A stretch of DNA of 32,139 bases, from the IMG/VR virus record IMGVR_UViG_3300045988_095662, positions 1 to 32,139 of that record, one strand, 5' to 3'. Shown piece after piece: positions 8,783 through 18,065 of this stretch. The notes beneath the pieces are model-generated. The model was not told the DNA's origin, did no database searches, and was given only the letters and a program-made list of their open reading frames with translations. The stretch comes from a virus. A program made the translations under genes and the position numbers. The stretch's first letter is position 1, and each line of letters begins with the position of its first letter.

Positions 8783-9112
8783 CTAACTCTCGGCGACGTT
8801 CACGGTGAACGCCGCTTCGGTAAGCTCTTCTGAATCAATGTTCGTGATGCTCAGCGTGAACGGGCACTCTGCGGCTTCGAGTGCATCGCGTATGCGTTTC
8901 TCGGTCGCGTAGTCGCGGTGCCGCGTGTAGAGCGCGATATCGTAGGGCATCCACGAAAGGTAGGTGCCGTTGTCCGCGTAGGCCGCTTCGTTGTAGCCCG
9001 CGACAAGGCAGATGAAGGGCGGTGCCGGTTCCTCACCGTCAGCGAAGCGCTGGTTAGCCCACGGGATGCCGAGCGAATCGAGAACGCCGCAGAGCGCCTT
9101 TAGCTCAATCAT
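8783..9112 (-). CDS. Tail completion / head-tail joining protein (109 aa)
   Basis: The ATG at 9112 forms an ATGA overlap with the upstream stop. The longer 165-aa version is an Arg-rich extension that overlaps the previous gene. Confidence 0.6.
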   Translation of the reverse strand: MIELKALCGVLDSLGIPWANQRFADGEEPAPPFICLVAGYNEAAYADNGTYLSWMPYDIALYTRHRDYATEKRIRDALEAAECPFTLSITNIDSEELTEAAFTVNVAES

Positions 9113-9480
9113 CGTCCGTCGCCCCCCATCTCCGCGAACTCTCGCGCCACTTGGTCTGCAACCTTCCTGATAACGCCGTCGCCGGGAACGGTGCCGTAAT
9201 CCTCGCCAGTCTGGTTCGTGATCTGGTGGCCGTTCTCCAACAGGTGCGTTAGCTGGTATCGCCGGTTGTGCACGGTGCATTCGGTGCCCGTCTCATCGGT
9301 CTTAACGTCGGCCTTCCAACCCTTCTTGTAAGCACCGGTGCGCACCTTGATTTCTTGCTTCAACAGCTTTACGGCGCGCCTTCCGGCTTCGCCCGCGTTC
9401 TCAGCGAGCGCGGAAACGTTGTCTTCCACGCACTCTTTCATGCAGCTGCTTATGAACCGCTCGATGCTCTGCTCAGCCAC
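9109..9480 (-). CDS. HK97 gp10-family head-tail component
   Basis: 123 aa. Size, order and the HNRRYQLTHLLENGH motif are typical of the gp10 family. Confidence 0.7.
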   Translation of the reverse strand: MAEQSIERFISSCMKECVEDNVSALAENAGEAGRRAVKLLKQEIKVRTGAYKKGWKADVKTDETGTECTVHNRRYQLTHLLENGHQITNQTGEDYGTVPGDGVIRKVADQVAREFAEMGGDGR

Positions 9481-9784
9481 GGTCGCCCACCACCTCAGCG
9501 AGCGTCAGGCGCACGAAGTCGGGGCTTGACCTGTCAACGCGCGCGACCGTGAGCCGCGCGCCGTCGAACTCGACTAGCCGCTCACCTTCGTATGCGCTCT
9601 TGCGAATCTGCAATACGGCTTCGGGGTGTACGCCAGCGGCAGCGGCGGCGTAATAGGCCGCGTCGCCCATAGAGAAGACGTTGCAGAACACCTTGCGCTT
9701 TGTTTCCTCCGTCTGCTGCACGCCGTATTCGTCCTTCTTGACGGTCTTAGCGATGAGCTGGCACGTGCCAGCCCACATGCTCAT
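9473..9784 (-). CDS. Head closure / head-tail adaptor protein
   Basis: 103 aa, in the canonical position after the gp6-like connector. Confidence 0.65.
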   Translation of the reverse strand: MSMWAGTCQLIAKTVKKDEYGVQQTEETKRKVFCNVFSMGDAAYYAAAAAGVHPEAVLQIRKSAYEGERLVEFDGARLTVARVDRSSPDFVRLTLAEVVGDRG

Positions 9785-10083
9785 TTCACGCCCCCGAACT
9801 CCGAGCTGCCGCGCATCATGGTTAGCAGATCGTCGAAGCTCTGAGTAAGGCGGTCGGCATCGGGGTTGTCCATGCCGAAGTTCGCCTTGCAGTAGACCTT
9901 CACCGCGAGCCGAACCGTGCTGTTCGAATCGTCGGCGGCTACGGTATCGGCAACGCCGCCCGCGCGCATCGCGGCGCGGGCGGCTTCGATGAGGTCTTCG
10001 ATCTCAGCGTCAAAGTCGGTGCAGTCGGCGGGAATCCTCAGCGCTTCGCGGCACGCGTCAAGCAGCTTCGGCTTCTCTGCCAT
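9781..10083 (-). CDS. gp6-like head-tail connector protein
   Basis: 100-aa acidic helical protein immediately after the capsid gene. Confidence 0.65.
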   Translation of the reverse strand: MAEKPKLLDACREALRIPADCTDFDAEIEDLIEAARAAMRAGGVADTVAADDSNSTVRLAVKVYCKANFGMDNPDADRLTQSFDDLLTMMRGSSEFGGVK

Positions 10084-10097
10084 CTGTCACCACCTCG

Positions 10098-11378
10098 TTA
10101 CTTTGCGGCGGTGCCGATGGTGAGCTGTCCGAAAGCCTTAGGCACGACAAGGCCGCCGTCAAAGAGCAGGTAGCCGTCAAAGCAGCGCTTCTGCGTACCA
10201 GGCTCGACATAGGGCGTAACGTCCACGCCGTCGAAGATGTTTCCACGGAACAGGTCGGGATAACCAGCCTTGATGATGCCATCTGCCATAGAATCGTCGC
10301 GCTTAACGAGCTTGCCGAAGATATGACCCTCAACGGCGGGGTCTTCGGTCTTCTCGTCCACGAAGTAAGAGCGCCCGTTGGCATCCTCGACCATAGCAAT
10401 GTGGTTCCAAATAGTGTTGCCGTTGGCGTAGATAATGCAGCCCTTCGGCGCAGGGTTGCCGTAGGTGTAGAGCAGGCCGAGAAGCTTGGTAATATCCGCC
10501 TTGGCAAGCGTTCCAGCGGTGGCGCAGTTAATCTTGTTGCCGGAATCCATGCCGAGCGTGCCATCAACAGTCTTGGCGTGGACACGCGCGTTGGCGGCGA
10601 CGGCAAGGCGCGCGCCAGTCTCGTTGACGATGTACTGCTCAAAGCCGTTGATAGACTGAACCGCCATCTTACGGCTCATCTTCACGGTCTTCTTGATCTC
10701 CTCGCCCGTAAGGGTGATGGGGTCGAACTCGTTCTGCTCCTCATCGGCGGGCGCGGCTCCCTCGTCGGTCTTCGCAGCGTCGCCAGCCTTGATGCTCTTA
10801 TGGCGGATAAGCTCGAACTGATGCGGGAAGTTGTCCTTGTGGATATCTCCGTAGAGAACAGCTGTGTTGTCAATCAGCGTGAAAATCTGCGTCTGAAGCT
10901 CGACGGGGATAACCGCATCGGTGTTGCTGGTCAGATGCGTGAACGCGGTGCGGCGCTCGACAAGCGCGTTGTAAGCGTCGCGCTCAACCTGCGTGAAATC
11001 GGTACCCTCGATGAGCTGCACGCCGCTCCGGCGGGCAATGTCTTTCACCCAAGCGCGGCGGGCGGCGGCGTTGTAGTCGGTCGTGTCGCGCACCTGCGGC
11101 AGAGCCCCGCGAGCGCTCGCGGAAGTGCCCAGCGGCACGGCATCGACGCGGCGGGCGCTGCCGTTCTCGATAGCGGCGCGCGCGGCGGCGACGGTCGCGG
11201 CGTGGCTGTCGCGGCGCTGCGCTGCGGCGGCGTTTCGCTTCTCGATCTCGGCGGTAAGCGCGCTCATGCGCTCAGCGTCCTGCTCGCTCGGCTCAGCATC
11301 GGTGCCGTCATCGGCCTTGTACTTGTCAACAAGCCCCTGAAGCTCGTTAAGCAGGTCATCCATAGTCAGTTCGTCCAT
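10098..11378 (-). CDS. HK97-family major capsid protein with N-terminal delta/scaffold-like coiled coil
   Basis: The start ATG 11378 lies just after the protease stop at 11383. The gene follows the prohead protease. The 458-aa version overlaps the protease gene. Confidence 0.88.
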   Translation of the reverse strand: MDELTMDDLLNELQGLVDKYKADDGTDAEPSEQDAERMSALTAEIEKRNAAAAQRRDSHAATVAAARAAIENGSARRVDAVPLGTSASARGALPQVRDTTDYNAAARRAWVKDIARRSGVQLIEGTDFTQVERDAYNALVERRTAFTHLTSNTDAVIPVELQTQIFTLIDNTAVLYGDIHKDNFPHQFELIRHKSIKAGDAAKTDEGAAPADEEQNEFDPITLTGEEIKKTVKMSRKMAVQSINGFEQYIVNETGARLAVAANARVHAKTVDGTLGMDSGNKINCATAGTLAKADITKLLGLLYTYGNPAPKGCIIYANGNTIWNHIAMVEDANGRSYFVDEKTEDPAVEGHIFGKLVKRDDSMADGIIKAGYPDLFRGNIFDGVDVTPYVEPGTQKRCFDGYLLFDGGLVVPKAFGQLTIGTAAK

Positions 11379-11382
11379 TGTC

Positions 11383-12018
11383 CTAAACCTTTCTGCTCTT
11401 GGCGATTGCCAGTGTTGCCCTAGCGATTGCAAGGGCGCTCTTACGGCGCGCAAGCTCCTTGCGCGACTGCTCAATCACTCCGTTGAGCAGGTTTCTTGCT
11501 GAAATCTCCGTATTGGGGTCAGCCGGAAGGCTCACCGCCGACACGTCGAAAACCTTTTTGACGCGCGTAATGGTCGTGGTGTGCGTGTCCCGGTCGTATT
11601 CGTCAGCGCCCACGCTGAAAGCCCACGACATGCGCGTGATAAGGCCGTTAGTAATCTCTTCGTAAAGGTCGCGCGCGGCCTGAGAGCCGCTAAGGTCTGC
11701 CGCGATGAATAGCCCGTGCTTGTCAGGCTCGACAATGAGCGTGTTGTTGCTCATGCGCGCAAGCACCTTGCCCGCATGGTCGTACTGCATGATAACGTCG
11801 CTCATGTCCGCGCCGTCGAAAGCGCCGGGGTCGATGATCTCGCGATACTCGTTGCCGTCCCAGTCGGTGAAAAGCACGTATGGGTCGTTGAATGTCGATG
11901 CGTAGCCCTCGACGTAGTAATCGGTGTCAAAGCGCTTGTTCGCGCTTCCGTCAGCCGTCCGCACGTTGAGCGGCACGGCAAGGGAACGGTATTGCCGCTC
12001 ACTCGGTTTCGCTGGCAT
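11383..12018 (-). CDS. HK97-family prohead protease
   Basis: 211 aa with AAGGAGG upstream of the ATG. It lies between the portal and capsid genes. Confidence 0.85.
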   Translation of the reverse strand: MPAKPSERQYRSLAVPLNVRTADGSANKRFDTDYYVEGYASTFNDPYVLFTDWDGNEYREIIDPGAFDGADMSDVIMQYDHAGKVLARMSNNTLIVEPDKHGLFIAADLSGSQAARDLYEEITNGLITRMSWAFSVGADEYDRDTHTTTITRVKKVFDVSAVSLPADPNTEISARNLLNGVIEQSRKELARRKSALAIARATLAIAKSRKV

Positions 12019-13276
12019 CGTCTACCTCCTTGCTGGTTCCAACGCCGCTGCTCGCGTCGATAGCGGCTATGTTCGCGTTCGTCTGCGCGGCTTGCGCCGC
12101 CTGTTCCGCCGTGTGCTCGCTGATGAGCGCAAGGTCGATGTACTCGCCGCGTATGACGTGGCGCTCGCCGCCGTCGTAGTGCGGCGATTGGAAAACATCG
12201 GCAACCTGATTGCCGTTCCAGATGCCACGGTCGAAGAGCGCGACCGAGACGTTAAGCTTCGTCGTGTTGCTGGCGAACTCTAGTCGGTTCGCGCTGAACA
12301 TGATTGAGTTTCCGTGCGCTATCTCGTTCGCCGTGTACGTCATGGAGGTGATAACGAAGCCGAGCTGAACAGCGAACGGCTCGATGCGTCCTTCGTAGTA
12401 GCTGTTGAAGGTGTCTTCGTCCGCGCAGTTCGTGACGATATCCTCATTGGAGCCGAAGAAGCGGTAAGCGCTCTTCTCGATTCGCTCCATCTGCGCCGCA
12501 TCGACCGTGTAACTGTTCGGCGTTATCTGCTGCACGTCTGAAAACAGCTTGTCATATACGGCGATGCCGCCCGCGTTGTCTGCGGAAAGCTGAGCGTTGA
12601 ACGCCTTGCGCGCCTTCTCTTGGTCGCCCTCGTTGCGGTTCTGGCTGAGCTTGCCGATGAACCGCACCGCCGCGCCCTGATTGATAGCCGACTGCTCGGC
12701 TTCGTTCTGCGCGTGCATCAGCTCCAACGTCGGCTGAAGAACGTTCGTGCCGTCGCCGAACAAATCGCTTTGGTACTGGTGGCGCGTCATAACGCCCACG
12801 CGCGACCACTCTACAAGCACGCTGTCGCCGGTCGGAAACGTGAGCTTCAGCCAAAGCTCGCCGTCAACGTCGTATGCTTCGCACTGGCTCGGAAGAACGG
12901 GGTAATAGCCCGTTATAGTGGTGCCGTCTCCCGCGTCTATCGGGATGATGAGTGCCGTGTCGTTCACCTGAAGAATCGTCCAAACGCGCTTGATGAACTG
13001 CGGCGTTGTCATCCAAGGGTTAGGCTGCTGTCGCAGCGCTCGCGCAGCCGTCGGCTGAGCCGTGCCCGATACTTCGGGCTTCAGCTTGCTTGCGTGGTCT
13101 GCGCCGCTCTCGATGATGCTGCGCGTAAGCTCGGCTTCGTAAAGACCGCCCTGCCATGTCGTGAACGACGGAGCATAGGCCGTGAACGTGGAGAAATAGC
13201 CGTTGACAGCTTGCATCTGCGGACGGTGGAACACCGCATCGAAGAGCGAGCGAACGAACGGTTGTGATCTGCTCAA
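11999..13276 (-). CDS. Portal protein (HK97 family)
   Basis: TTG start at 13276 lies 6 nt after AGGAGG (13283..13288), right after the TerL stop. ~425 aa. Confidence 0.85.
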   Translation of the reverse strand: MSRSQPFVRSLFDAVFHRPQMQAVNGYFSTFTAYAPSFTTWQGGLYEAELTRSIIESGADHASKLKPEVSGTAQPTAARALRQQPNPWMTTPQFIKRVWTILQVNDTALIIPIDAGDGTTITGYYPVLPSQCEAYDVDGELWLKLTFPTGDSVLVEWSRVGVMTRHQYQSDLFGDGTNVLQPTLELMHAQNEAEQSAINQGAAVRFIGKLSQNRNEGDQEKARKAFNAQLSADNAGGIAVYDKLFSDVQQITPNSYTVDAAQMERIEKSAYRFFGSNEDIVTNCADEDTFNSYYEGRIEPFAVQLGFVITSMTYTANEIAHGNSIMFSANRLEFASNTTKLNVSVALFDRGIWNGNQVADVFQSPHYDGGERHVIRGEYIDLALISEHTAEQAAQAAQTNANIAAIDASSGVGTSKEVDDASETE

Positions 13277-13278
13277 CT

Positions 13279-15015
13279 CTAACCTCCTATCATCGCGCGG
13301 TAATCGTCCGCAATGTTCTTCATCGCAATGAACGCGTCGCACTCAGCCGCCCACGCGTCTATGCGGTTGCGCGGGTCTTGGTTCTTCTTGTCGGGCTGAA
13401 TGTTTCCGTTCACGTCGGTTCGAATGGCGACGTTCGAACGGCACCATTCGGCAATCGGGTTGGCGTTGTCAACGATGCGCCCTTCCTTGTAGAGCGCTCG
13501 AAGCTCCTTCATCGGCATTGACAGCGTTTGTGCGCCCTGAATGACCTTTTGCAGGTTGTCAGCGCCGAAATAGTCTTCGTATGCTTCCACGGTCGGCACA
13601 TCGCGCATGTGCCACGGGTCGTATCCGCACGCTACGGCATAGATTCCGTACTTGTCTTGAACTTCCGCCACCCAATCCAGAACGTCGCGCTTGTCCATGA
13701 TGGGCGTTTCGCACGTTCGCATAAGCCCGCGCGCAATCCACGCATCGTAAGGCACACCGTCGCGACCGCCGCGCCGCCCCTCGCGCTCTGCTTGCTCCAA
13801 AGCGCGAAGCGGAATCCACGCCATATGAAGCGCGTAGATGTTCGGGTCGTTCGGTCGCTGCATCAGAAGGCAAGCGGCGGTAAGGTCGGTCGTGTCCGCC
13901 GCGTCAACGCCAAGAACGGCATACGTAAAGGTTCCGTCGCCGGGGTCGAATGTCGCTTCGTTGTGTATCTCAGCCCACGTCAACCAAGACTGAGACTGGT
14001 TTTCAATGAGGTTGAAATCCTTAACAAGCAGCGTAGGAAGGTATGTCGCATCATCCTTAGCCTTGGAAACGTTCTGTCGAAGAGCCGAAAGCGATTTGAT
14101 CGTGCCAAGGCCGGGGTTCGCCTTAATCCAAGCGCTTTCGTCTTCCCATTCCTCGCGCCCGTCAAGCTCGAAAATGAACGCGATGAAACGCTCTGCCTTC
14201 TCGCCGGTCGCCTTGCCGTCAAGCCATTTGGTCGCGTACTCGTATTGCGCATCGAAGATGCTGTTTCGCACGAAACCGTTAGTCGTGATCTCCAACACGA
14301 GCGGCTGGCGGCGCGCAGACGTTCCCTGCATCGTCAGGTCGTAAAGGTCGCGGTTCTTCATCGCGGCCAGCTCGTCCACGATTGCGCCGGAAATGTCCAA
14401 GCCGTCAAGATGGTTCGTGTTTGCGCTCAGAGCGCGAATGCTGCCCATGTTCAGATCGCAGTACAAGTCTGCAACCCTCTTGCGGATGTGCTTAGCGAGC
14501 GCAGGGCTGGTCTGCACCATGCGCCATGCGTTGTTGAAGCCTTTAGCCGCCTGATCGCGCGCGGTTGCTACGTTATAGACCTCCGGCGCGCCTTCATCGT
14601 CGTTAACGAGCAAGTCAAGCTCTATCGCAGACGCAAGCGCGGTCTTTCCGTTCTTGCGTCCCATAATCCAGAGCACTTCGCGGTACTGCCGCACGCCCTC
14701 AGCGTCAACGAATCCGAAAACGACGGACAGAATGGCGCGTTGGAAAAGCTCTAGCTTGAAATCGTGCCCCAAGCGCCCGGACGGTAGGCGGCAGAAGCTT
14801 TCGATGAAGCGAACATGCTTCTGCGCGTATTCCTCGCGGTAGTGGTACGGATAGAGCGGGTCGGTGTTGTCCATGCCCTGAAGCACGATAGCGGCAACCT
14901 GCTTCATCTTGCCGCATGCGGTTATATCGCCGCGCAGGATGCCGCCGAAGTAGTCACGTATGGCGCGCTCGCACGAACCATACTTGCCGGTCGCTCTAAC
15001 CGAACCGCGTTTCAT
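13279..15015 (-). CDS. terL: Terminase large subunit
   Basis: ~578 aa in the canonical position. The start is ambiguous (ATG 15015 or TTG 15027). Confidence 0.9.
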   Translation of the reverse strand: MKRGSVRATGKYGSCERAIRDYFGGILRGDITACGKMKQVAAIVLQGMDNTDPLYPYHYREEYAQKHVRFIESFCRLPSGRLGHDFKLELFQRAILSVVFGFVDAEGVRQYREVLWIMGRKNGKTALASAIELDLLVNDDEGAPEVYNVATARDQAAKGFNNAWRMVQTSPALAKHIRKRVADLYCDLNMGSIRALSANTNHLDGLDISGAIVDELAAMKNRDLYDLTMQGTSARRQPLVLEITTNGFVRNSIFDAQYEYATKWLDGKATGEKAERFIAFIFELDGREEWEDESAWIKANPGLGTIKSLSALRQNVSKAKDDATYLPTLLVKDFNLIENQSQSWLTWAEIHNEATFDPGDGTFTYAVLGVDAADTTDLTAACLLMQRPNDPNIYALHMAWIPLRALEQAEREGRRGGRDGVPYDAWIARGLMRTCETPIMDKRDVLDWVAEVQDKYGIYAVACGYDPWHMRDVPTVEAYEDYFGADNLQKVIQGAQTLSMPMKELRALYKEGRIVDNANPIAEWCRSNVAIRTDVNGNIQPDKKNQDPRNRIDAWAAECDAFIAMKNIADDYRAMIGG

Positions 15016-15418
15016 TGATGAAGTCAATGAGCGCGTCGGCTGCGGCGGTTCCGTTCGGCATCATGTCGGTTAGCTGCTTAACGCCGCGTGAGAACGTGGT
15101 GAACAGCTTGTTGTATGCACTGAATCCGGGATGCTCTCGCAGCCCGGTTTGCCCGCCGCCGTTGTCGTACTCGGTGAAGATGTCTTCGTAGAGCAGATCG
15201 GCGCGGGCATCGTCAAGCTTGACTTTCAGAAACGCGAGGTTGGCCAAAAGCGGCATGACGGCTTTTCGCTTTTCGTCGGGGATAGCGCCCTTGGTGATCT
15301 CGCGCAGCTTCCGAAGCTCGCTCTCTACGCGCTTCTCCTTGGCAACTCGCCGCTTCGGCGGGCTATTCCCCGCGACTGCGGGCGAAACTTTCGAAGTATT
15401 GCCTACTTTTGCCGTCAT
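14996..15418 (-). CDS. terS: Terminase small subunit (P27-like)
   Basis: 140 aa with GGGGGTGG upstream of the ATG. It lies immediately upstream of TerL. Confidence 0.75.
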   Translation of the reverse strand: MTAKVGNTSKVSPAVAGNSPPKRRVAKEKRVESELRKLREITKGAIPDEKRKAVMPLLANLAFLKVKLDDARADLLYEDIFTEYDNGGGQTGLREHPGFSAYNKLFTTFSRGVKQLTDMMPNGTAAADALIDFINETRFG

Positions 15419-15588
15419 CGCAAGACCACCCCCTTTCGAAAATCCGTCACGCGCAAGAAATTACCTCCCGGCGTTGGTGCCCTAGGAACCACCTGCGTTT
15501 TGCAGACCGGGGGGATTGTCTCGCGGGTTTACCTGCGGTTTTGCGTCCGCTTTCTCGCGGTCGCTCTGTGTTGTGTTGCGTTTTTTAA
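15419..15588 (-). promoter_or_regulatory. Candidate cos / packaging-recognition region
   Basis: 170-bp non-coding gap between the HNH and TerS genes, as in HK97-like cos phages. It contains a direct repeat: acctgcgttttgc (15491..15503) and acctgcggttttgc (15531..15544). Confidence 0.4.
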
Positions 15589-15906
15589 TCAATCGCCAAG
15601 CGATATCAAATTGCCGTCGCTGTCGAATGCCAGCCCTTGCCTAGTTGAACCCTGCCTTATCCAACCATGCACCTTCTTATGGCATCGGTCGCATAGGCTA
15701 ACAAGGTTGCTTGGGTCGGTAGCAATGCTTGGGTCGCTGATGTTCGCTGGCGTAAGCTCGATGATGTGATGCACCATGACTGCGGGCGTGATCTCTCCCT
15801 GCTGCAAGCAGTGCTGGCATAGGTGAGCGTCACGCGTCAATGCCGCGTCTCTGGCGCGTTCCCAATCGGCGGAAGCGTAGAAGGCGCGCGAGAAGTCCTT
15901 AGCCAT
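15589..15906 (-). CDS. HNH endonuclease (packaging-associated)
   Basis: Motifs CQHC...HH...N...LCDRCH. It is located just upstream of the terminase genes. Confidence 0.85.
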   Translation of the reverse strand: MAKDFSRAFYASADWERARDAALTRDAHLCQHCLQQGEITPAVMVHHIIELTPANISDPSIATDPSNLVSLCDRCHKKVHGWIRQGSTRQGLAFDSDGNLISLGD

Positions 15907-15920
15907 GCGCACCCCCAAAC

Positions 15921-15951
15921 AAAAAGGCCACGAGCGCTGCCGCCCGTGGCC
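15921..15951 (-). terminator. Rho-independent terminator
   Basis: On the minus strand, GGCCACG-(12 nt)-CGTGGCC is followed by TTTTTGTTT. Confidence 0.7.
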
Positions 15952-16011
15952 TTACCTAATCCACCGTACCGAACTTTAGCAGAATGCGGAAAGTGAACGC
16001 AAGTGCCAATC

Positions 16012-16461
16012 TTAGGCGTTCTTCAATTTCGCCCATCCTACGCGGTCGATGTAGGCGAAACCAGCCTTGCATAGTTCGCGGCACCATTGCTGCGAGCACT
16101 GCATAATGTCCGCTATCTCCGCCCATTCCTGCGCCTGAAGGTAGCCCATGCAGATTGCGTCGGCGTATCTGGTGCCTTTGAGCTTGGCAAGCCCACCGCG
16201 TCCGTCTTGCCCGTAAAGCAGTTCGCACGCTTCTTCAATCATTCCTTGCGCGTCGTTGATTCGCCGCTGCAACCTGTCTTCGAAGTCGATACGCTGCAAT
16301 ATCGAGAGTGACCCATCGGAAACCTCACCGCCCCCGCGCCCCTCCGTGTAGCTCTGCGCTTTGGCACCTTCTTTGGCCTTCATGCGTTCGAGCATATCCC
16401 GCGCCTTATCGGTCTTCACCACCTCGGCGCGGATACCCTCGAAATACTCCTTGGCTTTCAA
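16012..16461 (-). CDS. Putative phage transcriptional regulator (C-terminal sigma-70 region-4-like HTH); candidate late-gene activator
   Basis: 149 aa. The C-terminal segment YLQAQEWAEIADIMQCSQQWCRELCKAGFAYI looks like an HTH. It is the last gene before the terminator and the packaging operon. Confidence 0.4.
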   Translation of the reverse strand: MKAKEYFEGIRAEVVKTDKARDMLERMKAKEGAKAQSYTEGRGGGEVSDGSLSILQRIDFEDRLQRRINDAQGMIEEACELLYGQDGRGGLAKLKGTRYADAICMGYLQAQEWAEIADIMQCSQQWCRELCKAGFAYIDRVGWAKLKNA

Positions 16462-16472
16462 GATCGCGTCAC

Positions 16473-16913
16473 CTACTCAACGCCCGTGCTTCCGAAGCCG
16501 CCCGCGCCGCGCTCGGTGTAGCTCAGCTCATCGACCGGCACAAGCTCGCAAGGCACGTAAGGCATCACGACAAGCTGGCAGACGCGCGTTCCCGCTTCGA
16601 GCGTAACCGTCTCGTAGCTCTGGTTGATGAGAGCCGCGCAGACCTCGCCGCGATAGCCGCTGTCGATAACGCCAACACTGTTCGAAAGCGTGATGCCCTG
16701 CTTTGCGGCAAGGCCGCTGCGCGGGAACACAAGCCCCACGCATCCGCTCGGAATCTCGACGGCAAGCCCGCAGCCGACAACACACTTCTGCATTGGTTCG
16801 AGCGTGACAGTCTCGGTGATTCGGAGGTCAAGCCCCGCGTCGCCCTCATGTGCATAGCGCGGCATCTCGATTCCCTCATTGACCTTCTTAGCGCGAAGCT
16901 TCCTGCCAATCAT
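16473..16913 (-). CDS. dut: dUTP diphosphatase
   Basis: dUTPase motifs are present: AGLDL, PRSGLA, GVIDSGYRGE and a C-terminal RGAGGFGSTG. Confidence 0.93.
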   Translation of the reverse strand: MIGRKLRAKKVNEGIEMPRYAHEGDAGLDLRITETVTLEPMQKCVVGCGLAVEIPSGCVGLVFPRSGLAAKQGITLSNSVGVIDSGYRGEVCAALINQSYETVTLEAGTRVCQLVVMPYVPCELVPVDELSYTERGAGGFGSTGVE

Positions 16914-17197
16914 TAGCGCACCCCCAGAACATGACGCGTGACGCGCACGCTTCCTGCCTTAACCCATTTGCCGCCGTATGTCTGACCCTTCGGGCGGATA
17001 ACAACCTTGTTGCGGTGGCTCATCGCGACAACCTGATATTCGCTTCCCTCATGCTCCACCGTGTCGTTGAGAAAAACGAGCTTACCCGCCGAATCGACCG
17101 GGAACGAAGCGGCGCTGGCGTATGCCGCTACCTCCGGCACGAGCACGACATAAACGGGCTGCTTGATCTCTGCGCCCTTCTTCTTGATTCCGAACAT
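16913..17197 (-). CDS. Hypothetical protein (94 aa)
   Basis: AGGAGGAAGAAGG lies upstream of the ATG. A TAATG overlap joins it to dut. Confidence 0.55.
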   Translation of the reverse strand: MFGIKKKGAEIKQPVYVVLVPEVAAYASAASFPVDSAGKLVFLNDTVEHEGSEYQVVAMSHRNKVVIRPKGQTYGGKWVKAGSVRVTRHVLGVR

Positions 17198-17208
17198 CCT
17201 TCTTCCTC

Positions 17209-17664
17209 CTAAAACGGTACGTCATCGTCGTAAAGGTCTGGCGCTGCCGGTTGTGCTGGCGCAACGGGCGATGGGTCGCCGGTAGCCATCGCAAGGCCGG
17301 GCGCGGCTGCGTTCGCTGATGCCGTCGATTGCGCGTCGCGCTTGTACTGCATCAGCTCCACATCATCAACGCGAACTTCCCAGCGCTTGATGCTCTGGCC
17401 GTCCTTCTGGTAGCTGCGCGTATTGATGCGCCCGAGAAGCGAAATCTTGGTGCCCTTGCGAAGCCACGGCGCGAGCTCTTCGGCGCGCTTGCCGAACATG
17501 ACGCAATCAGGCCAGTTCGTATATTCGCCCCATGTTCCGTCGCCGTTCGGCGTGCGCTCATTGACCGCCAGAGAGAATGAAACGACGGGGTTTCCACTCT
17601 TCGTATAGCGCAACTCGGCATCTGCACCGAGATTGCCCGAAAGTGTGATCTTGTTTAGGCTCAT
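17209..17664 (-). CDS. ssb: Single-stranded DNA-binding protein
   Basis: OB-fold N-terminus (ITLSGNLGADAELRYT...), a disordered linker and an acidic tail ending DDDVPF. Confidence 0.93.
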   Translation of the reverse strand: MSLNKITLSGNLGADAELRYTKSGNPVVSFSLAVNERTPNGDGTWGEYTNWPDCVMFGKRAEELAPWLRKGTKISLLGRINTRSYQKDGQSIKRWEVRVDDVELMQYKRDAQSTASANAAAPGLAMATGDPSPVAPAQPAAPDLYDDDVPF

Positions 17665-18065
17665 ACTTCATCGCCGCCCATCTTGCGCATTTGCTGCACG
17701 ATATGAAGGCTGAGCGTCATAACGCCCTTGATGCAGTCTTCTTTGCTCCCCATCTGCTCACCTTGCAGGGTGTCGCAACCGCAGCAAGAGCCATACCAAA
17801 CGCGGACGTACCAGTATTCGCTAGGCTGATAGCCAACTTCGGGAATGACGTAAACAAGCGTCCCTTGATAGTCGCCATCATTGATTTCATGGATGTTCTC
17901 GAAGTCCGGTTTAGGGTCGCCATAGTCGCCCGTCGCTTCAAGCGCAATTGCCTTGACGGTCGCCTTGACGATATCTGAGTAATCGCAATAAAGGCATATC
18001 GGCTCAAGCCAGCTTTGGATGAGATCGCGATTCTTAGTCCACGCGTCAACAAACTTCTGAATCAT
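17661..18065 (-). CDS. Hypothetical protein (134 aa, contains a WYGSCCGCDTL motif)
   Basis: The ORF has ATGA overlaps at both ends. Confidence 0.55.
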   Translation of the reverse strand: MIQKFVDAWTKNRDLIQSWLEPICLYCDYSDIVKATVKAIALEATGDYGDPKPDFENIHEINDGDYQGTLVYVIPEVGYQPSEYWYVRVWYGSCCGCDTLQGEQMGSKEDCIKGVMTLSLHIVQQMRKMGGDEV

